DNA of 64,000 bases, taken from positions 51,958,001-52,022,000 of the forward strand of contig NC_087447.1 of NCBI RefSeq assembly GCF_036321535.1, in the 5' to 3' direction. Made by a program: the position numbers and the translations under genes. Position 1 is the stretch's first letter. Each line of letters opens with the position of its first letter. This document shows positions 50,238 to 64,000 of this stretch, piece after piece. The DNA comes from Camelus dromedarius. Taxonomy: Eukaryota. Below the pieces are notes generated by a model that saw only the letters and a list, made by a program, of their open reading frames with translations, did not search any database and was not told the DNA's origin.

Positions 50238-53117
50238 CTGCAATTCAAGATTAAAGGTATAAAAATAAGATTTACATGGTTAATTTTAAGTATTTAAAAT
50301 TAAAACATTCAGTGAGCTCTTAAGAAAAAAAGTTTTGTGCTTCTGTCTTATTTGCAAATTCACATGTATTAGCTGCTGTAGTTCTTTAATGGCTGATAAT
50401 AATAGTTTCATTAAAAATGTTACATTTATAGAACCCATTTTATCCCAAAGGAATTTGCAAATGCTTTAGAAACCCTACAGCTTACTAAATATAGAATTAT
50501 AACCACTCCGGGTGCACTCTACTGTGGCTGCCTGAAACAGCAACTGAGAACAAAGTAAAGGAAAAGCACCACAGCCCAAGAAGCCACATAGAGAATCTAG
50601 TTAGTAACCGTTAAAACCGTAATTTCATGTGGATAAGGCATGCTAATCATTTTCTAGATACATGAAAAAGAGCATCAGGTGTGTTTGGTGATTTGCCTTG
50701 CCCGAGGCCTACTCAAGTCCTCCACAATCGCCTATGAGTTTCAATCAATGCTGAATGACTCCTGACATTTGGGGGTGGGTGGATTTTGAAGAACTGTCTA
50801 CTTTATTCTATGGTTTTCAAAAAGGACTAGAACTCACAACATAAATGGAAAAAAAAAACCCTCATTTTAAAATTCCTGCAGAGAAGCAGTCACGACACCT
50901 TCATTCTTTAACACTCAGTGTCTCCCTCACATGGAAACAGGGCAACCCCTAAGATTAGATCAAGCATATATGAAGTAATGAATATTTTCTGAGGCCCATC
51001 TAATCTTTGAATTTTAAGGTTTGCTAGAACAAAACAAGAGGTTGGGGCTTCTGGGCTGTTATCCTGAACACTCTTCGTCTGTCATCAGTCAGAAAACATT
51101 AAGATCAGGAAACAGTGCAGAAAACATATGGATTATGGATACACATCAGTTTTTTGTTTGTTTTGTTGTCTTTTTAAGTAAAGATACTCTGGGAAATGAA
51201 ACAGTAAAACAATTACAGTGGAAATCATGAAATTTATTTTTTAAGGCCATTTCAGTTAAGGCCTAGTTGGTAAGAAGCTTAGGAATTTATGTTTTGGTTC
51301 TACAGCCACCTTCCAGAGACCATGATCAGCTAACCTCTGAGAATTTTAGTTTTTAATGGAAAAATAAACAGTAAGAACTCAAAAATATTACTATGGTAAC
51401 CTTTCTCCCAAGATTCAGGTCTAGACTTGCCTGCTAGAATGTTCCTGAAAACACTGAACCTACTTTGTGCAAAATGAAAACTGTGGCCCAGTTCCCCAAA
51501 ACAAACAAAAAACAAATAATGAACAATTTTGCTTTTCTTTTTACGTTTCCCCCAGCTGTTAATCTCAGTTAACCCATCTCAACACACAAACCAGATCCCC
51601 ACTCTTCCCCCACTGCCCACACATTTCCCCTATCATGTGGATTACAGAAATAGACTGTTTATACCTAGGAAATCTCTCTCAAATCTAGAGACTCTCCTTT
51701 ATCTCCACAGTTATTGTCTCAGTGTAAACTCGTTTCTGCCATCTGTTTTTCTTCCTCCAGCCCCCAAACTACTGTAAGTTTTCAAACTCAAATCTGATTA
51801 TATCAGTCCTAATCTTTAAATCTTCAATGATTCCCCTTGCTAAAAGGATAAAATTCAAACGCCTTACTTTGACTCCACCTTCCCTCAAAAAGCATTTCCT
51901 CCAGCACACTGAGGACACTCTCCTTAAATGCCTTTAAGCCTTTGCATTGGCTGTCCTCTCCCTGCATGCCTGTCCCCTGCTCCCTGATATCTTTCCAAAT
52001 GCCAAGTTCCCATCCATCCTTCAAGACTTGGCTCAAATGTTACTTTCTCTTTGTAACCTTATCAAATTTAATGTTCCCTCCTTCATATGACTGTAACACT
52101 TTGTTTATATATCTATTATACAGAACGTACCACTTGGAAATATAATTATGTATTTCATAACCTTCTCCCTCAATAAACTATGACATTTTCCAGAGCAGGA
52201 ATCATGTTTTATTCATCTCTGCATCTCCCGTGCATAAGACAAAACAGGTGCTCAAGATGAATGAATGAGTAATAATGATGATGACAGGCTTCCTTAGTTG
52301 TGAACTGGAAAAGCACAACATCCTCACAAACAGTAACATTACAAATAATACACAGAAAAATACTCATGTTATTTTACTGTGGCTGTTACTCAGTAACTAA
52401 AATGGGTCAAACAATCTAGGTCGGTCCCAAACAATAAATCCAAAAATTATAAGGCTTTAAGTTTCTAAATCTGTGACTATGCCATTTCTAGGTAGGATGG
52501 CAATAGGATATCTAAATAAATAAAATGACATTTTTTTTCTGGTACTGCATCATAAGAAATTGTATATACAGATATTCACTAACAACAAAGGATATTTTAT
52601 TGGGATTTTCCAGGGCATAAATAGAATCTGGGTGGCATAAGTGAAATTTACTTTGGAGGCTCTGAGGGAAACTTCCAAGAAATGTGTAGTTATCATGAAC
52701 TACAAGGAAGGCTAATGGGATTGCTGTTCCAAAGAGACACATTATATGTATTAAGGTACTAGGTACCGATAAAATAGCGGCATCTAAAAAGAACTACAGA
52801 TTCAAGTCAAGGACATCTGCTTCTCATATGATAATTCTACAAAGAGGGCTCCAACACAAGTAGCAACAGGTATTTTTATTTAACAGTGGTTAATGATTTT
52901 CTCCAGCAATACAGGGTAAGCTCCCTAGTATAAAATATAGAAGAGGATCAGGGATTTTTATTTTAATTATAGTAAGGATCAGGTTCTAATCAAGATACCC
53001 AAAACTTACATATTATTCTAACAGAGTAAGTAAAAACCAATGGCCACAGCGAATTAACAGAAAGAAAAAATGAGCTGGAAGATATGTTGAAAAATTGCCT
53101 AATTCAGCATCTAGTCT

Positions 53118-53417
53118 GTTTTGTTTTTTTTTTTTGTATTTGTTTTCATTAAAAAAAATTTTTGTAGAGTTATAGTCAGTTTACTATGTTGTCAATTTCC
53201 AGTGTAGAGCACTATTTTTCAGTTATACATAAACACACATATATTCATTGTCGCATTCTTTTTTGCTGTGAGCTACCACAAGATCTTGTAGATATTTCCC
53301 TGTGCTATACAGTATAATCTTGTTTATCTATTCTACATATGCCTGTCAGTATCTACAAACTTCAAACTCCCAGTCTGTCCCTTCCCACCCCCCTCCCCTC
53401 TGGCAACCACAAGTTTG
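53118..53417 (-). mobile_element. short LINE-1 3' UTR insertion
   Basis: Reverse complement of the same 3' UTR seen at ~59080-59330, with T-tail and TSD CAGCATCTAGTCT at 53105-53117 and 53418-53430. Confidence 0.88.
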
Positions 53418-56400
53418 CAGCATCTAGTCTTTAAGTAGGTCAATGTTTAAACTATGCAATAAAGATCACCCGATGTCAGCATCCAGTGTTCTATTATAAA
53501 GCAGTGATAGCAGTCATAGTAGTACTAATAGTGGTGATGGTGGTAGTAACAGCAGCTACCATTAGCAAGTGCTCCTTGCCGGCCAGGCGTTAGACGTGAG
53601 AACCTTATAGTTAACTTCTTTATCACTAACTCAATAAAGTAGGTATTGTTACTTCTATTTTTCAGGCTAAGAAACTGAAGTTCAGAGAGGTTAAGAAGCT
53701 TTCTGAAAAAGTCAGAGTCATAGCCTAATAAGTGTTGGAGGCCAGATTCAAATGTAGATCTGACTCTAATGGTCACAGCCTTAATCATGATATGAAAATA
53801 ATGATGCTCTTAGCTGAACATGGACAAACCCAGTAAATCAGAGAGAAAAATTTGGAATATACCACCCTCCTCTACCCCACCACTTTCTCAAAGATAAATG
53901 GGGTTAAGCAGTTTTGTAGATTTCCCTTCCTTATGAATAGCTTGTTTGTTTTATGTGTTAAAGTAACAGCTCTCTAGGATATGCTGACTTCATGCAAATA
54001 AAGAGAAGATAAATTTTAATCAATATTTTGCAACTTTTAGCAAGTCATTTAGCCTTTCCGGTCTTTGAATCCTCACACGAGTGGGAGATGGGGGCAGTTT
54101 GGCATTACTCTCTAGTACCTTTTACAGTAATTTTGTTTCATGGTCCACAAGAAATCACTCTTGCTGATACCTTCTTTTTCTCTGTCTTCCACAGACATGA
54201 AAGTCATTTGCAGCAATGTCTGGCCCAACCAAGAGTTAAAATAAGATCTGAGAACAAGGCCATTTCTAAAATAAGATACAAAACCAGGTGAAAGGCCAGT
54301 ACTGCTATGAGAAGAGACCAGCAGAAAAAGAAAACACTAAGCACTAAGACTCATTCTTGTGCCAAATTGCAGAGAGAAGAAAGCTATATAAGGAAAGTCC
54401 ATGAGCTTGGAGTTGATGGTTAAGATAATAAAAGTACATTCAAAACACAACAACCAAGATAGCTACAAAAATGGCTTTTTAAAAATAAAAAGTCACCAAA
54501 AAAAGGATCTACAAAGGTCATTTTCTCCCTTGTGTGGAGATTTATAAAGCCCTAAATTGGCAAGCGAATTACTATAAAATGGTCACTGATTGCTTGATCA
54601 TTTATTCCTTCTGGCCCTGAAATTTAAGAGCTAATTTTTGTATTTTGAAGGAACAGAAGAAATACCATTCTCTAGCTAGAGTAGAACTTATTCAGCATAA
54701 GGTGGATCAGCAACTTTCCCTAAAGCCCCCACTCCCACCTCCTATCACTCCCCTACTGTCATTCAGGAAACATTCATTGAACTCAAGTGAACTCACAGAC
54801 AGCTTTAAACTGGCTTTTAAAACAGTCTTTGTCAAGTGGTATCCATTCCCATCATCCAGAAAATAATCATCTATTTTACTCCTGCTTTGTAGCAACTGGA
54901 TTATCAGTATTGTGACATATTTGTCATTCATTATTTCTACTTGCCTAATGGAGTAGACTCTGGGCATCTCCTTTTTAGCTTTCCTCTTTTCCTCTATCCT
55001 CCAACAGCACACTTGGTGGAAGGGTTTCCAGAGAAGTAACTCTTACCATTTCATCAATTCTCGTCAAGATGCCTTAGCAAGGATGCAGTCTAAAATCTAA
55101 GTATTTATTCTTTACCATTATTGCAAAACATTTCTGCAAAATTAGTTTTCTTTAACATGTCCTAAATATCTGATTTAGAACTGAACCTGAGGCCCAAGCA
55201 AATTTAATCTTAATTGTATAAGGAGATTCAAAGTTCGATAGAGTCCGACGATAATCCTGCTAAGGGGAGTAGAAAGCTGGCTTCTCTTTTCTGACAAGAC
55301 ATCTGAATGGGGGGAAGGACATTCCAGCAAAGGGAGCAGGAAGCATACAGGTCCTGAGGTAGGAAAAAGCCTGACATGTGTAAAGAACAGAAGTAGGCCA
55401 GCAGCAAGATGAATGGTAAGAGATGAGGTCCAAGAGGTGGGAAGGCATCAGAACACGTAGGTTCTTCCTTGTAAGCCATGGTAAGGACAGTTTGGATTTT
55501 GTTTACTACTCCTTGAAATATATTCTCTCCTCCTGAAATATTTAACACTGTAATCTCCTAGTTTTCCTCCTATTTATCTGACTTCCACCTCTGTCTCCTC
55601 CTCCATTCTACTTCAGCTGTTTATTAAACACTAGCATTCCTCAAAGCAGTCCTAGATCCCTCAGTGAGCAAAGGCTCACTGTCTGCATTCTCCCTAAATC
55701 ACCTCACCTTAGCCAACAATTTCAATTAATTACCTATTGGCACACAATTCACAAATTTCTATCTCCTGCCCAGTCTTCTTCTTTAAGCTCCAAAAGCATA
55801 CATCTACCAACTGAGTCAATCGTCTCCCTTGCCACAACCAGAACTCCTGCCTCTCCTGACCCCTCACACTGACTTCAACCTTCCAGGTCAATCCTCCCAC
55901 TAGGCTCTTTAGTAACACCACACACTAGGGTTCACAGTGCCTTTCAAAATAAAAACCTAACATATATGGATGTGATTATTTATTTCATGTCCATCTCTTT
56001 CACTAGACTGTAAATTTCATGAGTGACCTTACCTATTTTTTGGTTCATTATAGTATCCCAAGTCTTAACCCAGTGCCTGACACACACGACAGAATTAATA
56101 GTTGTCCAATAGGCAGGTAACTTATTTTCTATAAAATATGCTAATCCCCAAACTGAACCTTTGAAACAGCACTGGGATAGGGGTAAGGATAGAGGAGAAA
56201 GAAGGGGAAAATGGTGAACAGAATATCAATTATTAAGCAAAAATTCTGCTATTCTCTGAAAAAAATTTTCACAAAAGGCGTTAGGAGATAAAAGAATGTT
56301 TTTTTGAAAAGGCTGCCCACATGTTACTTTTTGCTCTGTAGGTAACAAGTACAGCTTTGAAACAGACTAGATCAGCTGGATTTCTCTAATTAGCAAAGAT

Positions 56401-56621
56401 TTTACTTTTTGAGAAACTAAAGTATTACTGTACTACATGAAAAAAATTTCCCTAAGTCTCATTTATGTAAACAGAGAAGCACCTGATTCTTTGCCTTCTG
56501 GTAGAGTGGATACCAACAAGTTAAAACAATTATTGCCATTTCATCATTCCTGCAACAATGGACTCTTCAGAGGACTGACTGCATTTAGAAGATAACAACA
56601 ACAAAAAGGAACATTTTTCTC

Positions 56622-56760
56622 TGGGGGGATAGGGCACAGCTCAAGTGGTAGAGTGCAAGCTTAGCATGCACGAGGTCCTGGGCTCAATCCTCAGTACCTC
56701 CATTAAAAAATCAATCAATCAGTTAAATTAACTCCCTGCCCCAAAACAAACAAAAAAAGA
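56622..56760 (+). mobile_element. tRNA-derived SINE
   Basis: Same family; flanked by the direct repeat AACATTTTTCTC. Confidence 0.88.
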
Positions 56761-57972
56761 AACATTTTTCTCAAAGGGTCACAATTTGCTGACAGTTCTT
56801 TCTGTGTATTTATCCTCATGTTTTTATAAGACACTAAAATCACCTTTCCAAAAAAGGTGTACTTTGTCCACTGTATTTATTTATGCCTAGATTATCCCTC
56901 TTCTACTTCTCATATTTAGTCCTTCCGTGAGAGAGAACAACACGTGAGAACTCTGATTTAGGTACATGCACCACAAGGTATTTACATGCTATTTAAGTCT
57001 ATGAAGATTCCAAACGTTAACTTTTCTGAGGCCTTGATACTACAGCAGTAGATGAGGCATTATGGCACTGAACTATTAACAATCTCCTGGGCTTTAGTCC
57101 TGTACAGACGATCTTTACTTTTTGAAGGCCATGGTAGTGATTAGGAGTATGTACTCTAAAGACCTAAATTGAAATCCTGGCTCTTCTACTTATGAACTAG
57201 TCAAGTTAATGTCTTTGAGACTAAATTTTCCCATGTGAATATGGGGTTAAGTATATACATTTATTATGGAGTTATTACAAAGATGAAATGAAATAAAATA
57301 TGTAAAACTTAATCCATATTAACTATATGATAAGTGTTCAACAAATGGGTAAGAAGCTTTTTTTTTTGGTCTCTTCCCTTTCCAAAGGTCTACAGTTCTC
57401 ATTTGGTTGGTCTCAAGATCTCTTTGTACTTTCAATTAGTGCAAAAGAGATTTTATGTAGGTTACGTCTGCCAATAATTATCATTAAAACTGAGACACTA
57501 AAAAAATTTATGAATTCATTTAAAAACAATGACAAACTTATCATACATCATAAAGACATATTTTTGATAAAAATTCATAAGAGGTGTGTCACTGTTTTAC
57601 ATTTTTATACATCTCCTTCATATATGGTTTAATGGAAGGCAGCTGGATTCTTTTATCTGCTTATGCATTCAATCTGTTGTGTTACTGCACGCCATGAAGA
57701 CTTTGGAAAACTTTACTGTACACTCACAAGAGAATGAAAATGAAAAAGACAAATATTGGCCTAGTATTATTACAAAAATAGTTTTAGTCTCAAAGGACTT
57801 TTCCAAAAGGGTCTCAGTGGAACCCAGGGATCCCCAGACCAAACACTGAGAACCACTACCTTAGGCAATGATTCTTAAAGAGGAGTATTAATTCTGGGCT
57901 TTACCTCTAGAGACTTTGATTCAGAAAATCTAGGGAGGATTCTGGCTATGAGTATACTTAAAAGTTCCACAA

Positions 57973-59329
57973 ATCAACTAATCTTCAACAAAGGAGGGAA
58001 GAATATACAATGGAATAAAGACACTCTCTTCAGCAAATGGTGTTGGGAAAACTGGACAGCAGCATGTAAAGCAATGAAGCCAGAACACTCCCATACACCA
58101 TACACAAAACTAAACTCAAAATGGATCAAAGACTTAAACATAAGACAAGATACAATAAACCTCCTAGAAGAAAATACAGGCAAAGCATTATCTGACATAC
58201 ATCTCAAAAATGTTCTCCTAGAACAGTCTACTCAAGCAATAGAAATAAAAGCAAGAATAAACAAATGGGACCTAATGAAAATCACAAGCTTCTGCACAGC
58301 AAAGGAAACCAGAAATAAAACGAAAGACAACCTACGGAATGGTTGAAAATTTTTGCAAATGAAACTGACAAAGGCTTGATCTCCAGAATATATAAGCAGC
58401 TCATACGACTTAATAAGAAAAAAACAAACAACCCAATCCAAAAATGGGCAGAAGACCTAAACAAGCAATTCTCCAAGGAAGACATACAAATGATCAATAG
58501 GCACATGAAAAAATGCTCAATATCACTAATTATCAGAGAAATGCAAATCAAAACTACAGTGAGGTATCACCTCACACCAGTCAGAACGGCCATCATTCCA
58601 AAGCCCACAAATGACAAATGCTGGAGAGGCTATGGAGAAAAGCGAACCCTCCTACACCGCTGGTGGGAATGCAGTTTGGTGCAGCCACTGTGGAAAACAG
58701 TATGGAGATTCCTCAAAAGACTAGGAATAGACATATATCCAGAAGGAACCCTACTTCAAAATGACACCTGCACCCCAATGTTCATAGCAGCACTATTCAC
58801 AATAGCCAAGACATGGAAACAGCCTAAATGTCCATCAACAGATGACTGGATAAAGAAGATGTGGTATATTTATACAATGGAATACTATTCAGCCATAAAA
58901 ACTGACAACATAACACCATTTGCAGAAACATGGATGCTCCTGGAGAATGTCATTCTAAGTGAAGTAAGCCAGAAAGAGAAAGAAAAATACCATATGAGAT
59001 CGCTCATATGTGGAATTAAAAAACAAACAAAAAAACCCATAAACACAAAACAGAAATAGACTCATAGACCTAGAATACAAACTTGTGGTTGCCAAGGGGG
59101 TGGGGGGTGGGAAGGGATAGATTGGGATTTCAAAATTGTAGAATAGATAAACAAGATTATACTGTATAGCACAGGGAAATATATACAAGATCTTACGGTA
59201 GCTCACAGAGAAAAAAATATGACAACGAATATATACATGTTCATGTATAACTGAAAAATTGTGCTCTACACTGGAATTTGACACAACATTGTAAAATGAT
59301 TATAAATCAATAAAAAATGTTAAAAAAAA
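57973..59329 (+). mobile_element. young 5'-truncated LINE-1 (ORF2 C-terminus, 3' UTR, polyA)
   Basis: ORF2 peptides ([34 protein letters not shown]...[18 protein letters not shown]), AATAAA plus A-tail, TSD AAAAGTTCCACAA at 57960-57972 and 59330-59342. Confidence 0.95.
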
Positions 59330-59440
59330 AAAAGTTCCACAAGTAATCATTATGTGAATCTCTGATTAAGAACCACTACCCTAAAAGAAGTTAAGATCAC
59401 TAATCAATATGCTTTTTAAAAAGTTTGATGGCTATTAAAT

Positions 59441-59590
59441 TTTTTTTTAATTTAACTTAATTAATTTTCTGTGGGGGAAGGTAAGTAGGTCTATTTGTTT
59501 ATTTATTTTTACAGGAGGTACCAAGGATTGAACCCAGGAGCTCATGCATGCTAAGCATGTGCTCTACCACTTGAGCTGTACCTTTCCCCC
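59441..59590 (-). mobile_element. tRNA-derived SINE
   Basis: Same family; flanked by the direct repeat TGGCTATTAA. Confidence 0.88.
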
Positions 59591-59609
59591 TGGCTATTAA
59601 TTTTTAAAA

Positions 59610-60075
59610 TGGACAATAACATGTGTTGATGAGACTACCGAGAAACTCCTTGCACAGCAGTGGTGGGAATGTAAAATTGTGCAGCTGCTGTGAAAAAGTT
59701 TGGTGATCCCTTAAAAAGTTAAAAACAGAATTATCATATGACCCAGCATTTCTACTCCTGAGTACAAGTGTGAAAGAAATGAAAACAGGTGTTCGAAAAA
59801 ATTCCATATGTGGATGCTCACAGCAGCATTTTCCATATTAGTCCAAAAGCAGAAACAATCCAAATGTTCATCTAATGGATTAATAGATAAACAAGATGAG
59901 GTATATCCATAAAATGGAATATTATTCACCCACAAAGAGGAACAAAGTACTAATATAACCTACAATATGGATGAGCCTTGAAAACATTATGCTAAATGAA
60001 AGAAGGCAGACACAAAAGGCCACATATAATATGATTTCCTTTCTTTGAAATATCCAGAATAGGCAAATCCATAGG
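59610..60075 (+). mobile_element. old L1M-type fragment
   Basis: GGTGGGAATGTAAAATTG...CATATGACCCAGCA...GAAAACATTATGCTAAATGAAAGAAG. Confidence 0.75.
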
Positions 60076-60105
60076 CTTTGTTATAAATGCTTAGATGATC
60101 TAGAG

Positions 60106-60460
60106 CAGTGGTTCTAGAACTTTGGCTTGCATTACAATCACCTAGGACTTGTTAAAATGCAGTTTGCTGGATCCCCACCCTGAGGGCTTCTGCTTCAGTA
60201 AGTCTTAGGGTAGGCCTGAGAGTTTATCTTGCTACAAGCTCCCAGGTAATGCTGATGTTGCTGGTCCAAGGACAACACTTGGAGAACAAGTGATCTAGAG
60301 TGGTTCTCAATCTCGGCTGCATAGAATAACCTACTGTACTTCAAAAAACAATCTTGATGTCCAGCCCCACCCTCAGGCCAATTAAATCTATTTTTCTGGG
60401 AGCTTGAGCTGAAATCTGATGCACCTATATTTTTTAAAAAGTTCTCAGATATTATAATCA
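60106..60460. mobile_element. tandem MER5-like hAT MITE relics
   Basis: CAGTGGTTCT starts and AATCACCT...GATGTTGCTGGTCC...GAGAAC pattern, occurring twice. Confidence 0.6.
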
Positions 60461-63400
60461 CTGATCTAGACCTTACTACCAATTATGATTGAAAGTAAAT
60501 TGCACAAATGATACAAAAGGTGTTACTTCACAAAAAGAGTACAATTTGCATAAGAGCTATGGACTATGCATGAAATAAAACATTTCTAATATTCCTGACA
60601 GACTCCAAATCAGAGCTTGGTCTATGAACACAAAAGCACAAAGGGACCATGGGAGACTAGAAACAAACAGAAGTAAGATCCTTTCAAAGGAGCACACAGC
60701 CTATAAAAACAATGCAGAAAATTCTCTACTCTTCTGCATTAATTTTCCCTGTATTCTAGAAGGTGTGGAGGGGAAGGGAGGGGAGAGGGGTGAGGAAGTG
60801 GAGAGGAGGAGAATAGGACAAAGACAGACATACACAGAGCAGAGAAATGTCCTTTTGGACCCTGTAGTAAGTCTTTCACATGTGCACCAGGCGAAATACA
60901 CAGAGATTTCACAGTTGTACTGTCTGCACTAGCAAAACATAAGGAAAAACCGTCCATCAGTAACTAAATAGATAACTTTTGGTATATTCATACAAAGGGA
61001 GTACCCTACAGTAGTTAAAATTAATAGATTATACAACATGGATATAATTTAGAATTATGTTAAGTGAACAGTAAGTCACAGAAGAATATACACACATACG
61101 GATTCATTTATAGAAAATTCAAAACCTTGTAAAATGAAACTGTGTATTGTTTATAAACATGAACTTAAGTGATGAAACTTTAAAGAAAAGGAATGAAAAA
61201 CACAAAATTGAGGATAGTGGCTAGTTTTCATAGGGAGGGAAGAGGATATGATTAGAAAAGAACAAATAGGAGACTAAAGAAATGAAGTATTTTGGGGGAA
61301 ATAAGATGTTGAATATATCATTATTCTTTATACTACCTATAACTCTATAAAAAAAAATAACAAAATTATACTAAAATTAAAGGGTAGGCATTGGCATCAG
61401 AGCCCAAACCTCCTATCAGAATACCACTCAGTTCTACAAGCTTCCTACCTTTCCCTTCTTACCATTCAATTTAATTCAACAAATATTAATGTATACTGAG
61501 TACATACAATTGCCCAGCATTATTACTATGCTAAGGGCAATATGAATATGACATGGATGACTTCAATGCTTTACAATCTGGGCAGAGGCGAACTAATTCT
61601 GTGTTGTTCTATAGAGTGGCTACTAGCCACATGTGGCTACTTCTATAAAATCAATAAAAACTCAGTTCCTCAGTCACACTAGCCACATTTCAAGTGTTGG
61701 AGAGCCACAAGCAGCTAGTGGCTACCATACTGGACAGTGCGAATACAGAACAATTCTATCACTACAGTAAGTTCCACTGTCCAACACCGAAGTAGACTGT
61801 TGAAATCTCAATAAATGCAGATAATCAACTAGAAAAAAAGTATGTTCAGACAATGGGACATAAGGGAAGGGATCATGGAGGACAGAGTTACTGGGTACGG
61901 CTTCTGAATGGTTCAAGTGCCCAGTCGTACATATTCTACTTTCCCCACAGCTATTGCTCTGCCATACGAGGCCTCTTTCACAGGCGCTGCTTTATAAAAC
62001 TAATGCTCTACTTTGTGTCTATAGGCATAGCTCCTCCCTTCTGCTAAAAAGACTCTCTTTCTGAAAGGCACTGATGCAAAACCTAAGAATTATTCGGTAA
62101 TCCGTGTTTGCAGCTTTTGTAACTCCATTTTACATATGCGTATGACTCAGAATCAGGCTTTTCTATTTTCTAGACTTTTAACTCAACCCTAGGCAAACTA
62201 CAAACCATCTTATTTATCATCTTTGGAAGATGAGGATGAACTAACTGTTCTCCAGTGGTCCTGGCTCCCTGAGAAAGAACTTCTAAAACAGATACATGAT
62301 GAAATGGATAGCGCCTCCACCTTTTAATTTGGCTTCACTTATGTGTCTCTGAATGCCACAAAGAAAAACAAATACTCTTAATAATATAATTGTATGAACT
62401 ACACAAAGGATAAAGAGACTTCAAAGTATCTGAGCAGTCATTTTCAAGTTCCCAAGTCACAGCTAACCCTCAAGAGGTATATAAGAGATACAGTTATCAA
62501 ATCAACATGTATTTTGGCTACAAAGGGCATGCATGAAAATTTTTGAGATAATTCTTTGTACAGTAGCCCCTAAAGCACTGTTTTGCCTAGAGGTCACCAA
62601 ATGTTTTCAATGAACCTCACACTATACTGTCCTGAAGTAGAATCTGGAGTAAAAGCACAGAATAGGAAAGTACCCAGTTGAAAAAACTAAGGAAAGTCAC
62701 CAAATCATGTTCCAGAAACAAAAATCTGTAGGTTTTTATCTTTATCTCTCAATCTCTATCATAATTCATAAACGAAATCTGCCTCTTAAATAAGGATGGC
62801 TCAGGTTCTGCATACTCTCCAAATCACACAGATTTATGCAGCAATGTCTGCTACCTGGTTAAAGTGGCAAAATACAAGTTTTATTTTTTCAGTGTAGGGG
62901 TATAACATGGGAAATCAAGTGGGGGTTGACATCAAGATAAATAGAAATAATGTGAACATCAACCAATATATGTGACTAAGCTTATTTGTTGCCAGTTTTT
63001 ACTGGTGAGAAAGAAGCAAAAACCATGGCTCAGTTTATTAGAAATTTCTTTTTGAGGAACAAAGATGAAGTTTCCTTTTATTTGTATAAAAGGAAGTAAA
63101 TCTATTTTGGTAAAGTAAAATACACAGAAGTGTTTCAGTGGTTTCTATAATTCATGCACATAGTATACAGGTGAAATTTTTAAATTTCAATTTTTTTGAA
63201 AGACACTAAATTTCCCAAATTCATACAAAGAGGAATTCATGCCAACAACATGGAAATGTAAAACAAAATTTTACTTTCATAATAAGGGTATTTTAAAATA
63301 CCTAAATAGATCCAACATAATATTATTCCAAGTTTGTCAATGCATTTTCTGATGGGATATTTTTTTTCCAGCCAGAATAGATTGATGAAATAAGTCCAAA

Positions 63401-63619
63401 GCACAGAAGTAGTTCAAACCCACAGAGGTAAAAGAAATAGCTACTGCAGCCTAGGGTCTAGCTATCTGTCCTTATCTTATTAAGATCATTATTTACCATG
63501 AGACATATTTATTTATTTCTTCAACAAATATATTTATTAGGCTACAAACCACTAAGGAAAATATAGATGTAAATGAGGTATGACTTTTACCTACAGGTAA
63601 CTTACAGACTAGTCGGGAA

Positions 63620-64000
63620 GATCATAGATCTAAATGTACAAGCTACAATTATAAAATTCCTAGGGAAAATACACAGAAGAAAATCTCTGCAACTTTTTGA
63701 ATAGAATACAAAAATCATAAATCACATAAGAAAAAACTGATAAAGTATAAGCCACCACCACCAACAAAAAAAACCCAACTCTGGTCTTCAAAAGACACTG
63801 TTAAAAAGATGGAACAGAAAGGCACAGTGGGAGAAAGTATTTATAACACATGTATCTGATAAAGGACATAGCCAGAACATACAAAGAACTCTTATAACAA
63901 TAGTAAGACAAACAACCTAATTAAAATGGGCAAAAGAATTAAAAAGATAATTCATAAAAGAAGATATATGAAAGCCCAATAAGCACATAAGAAAAAAAGT
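63620..64000 (+). mobile_element. old L1 ORF2 fragment
   Basis: Degraded A-rich ORF2 sequence (AAAATGGGCAAAAG...AATAAGCACAT). Confidence 0.65.

Overview
Mammalian genomic DNA, most likely camelid (alpaca/camel) judging from its short tRNA-derived SINE family. It holds the GAB2 CpG-island promoter and first coding exon (minus strand, 3697-3771), the last eight coding exons of NARS2 (minus strand, 50237 down to the stop at 20318), an RPL29 processed pseudogene and many L1/L2/SINE/LTR/DNA-transposon relics. The main observation is in the ~15 kb between NARS2 and GAB2. Reading the minus strand by hand gives about 15 AG/GT-bounded exon relics (18440 to ~5336) whose splice phases mostly chain correctly. 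Their joined translation follows, in order, motifs I recall from the C-terminal half of astrotactins (ASTN1/ASTN2: MACPF, EGF-like, FnIII, annexin-like). The frame carries about 15 stops, at least one frameshift and two exonic SINE insertions, so it looks like a dead, intron-containing astrotactin-like paralogue (unitary pseudogene). The family call rests on alignment by eye to remembered sequences and needs tBLASTn/HMM confirmation; I cannot tell whether it is already annotated in other vertebrates.
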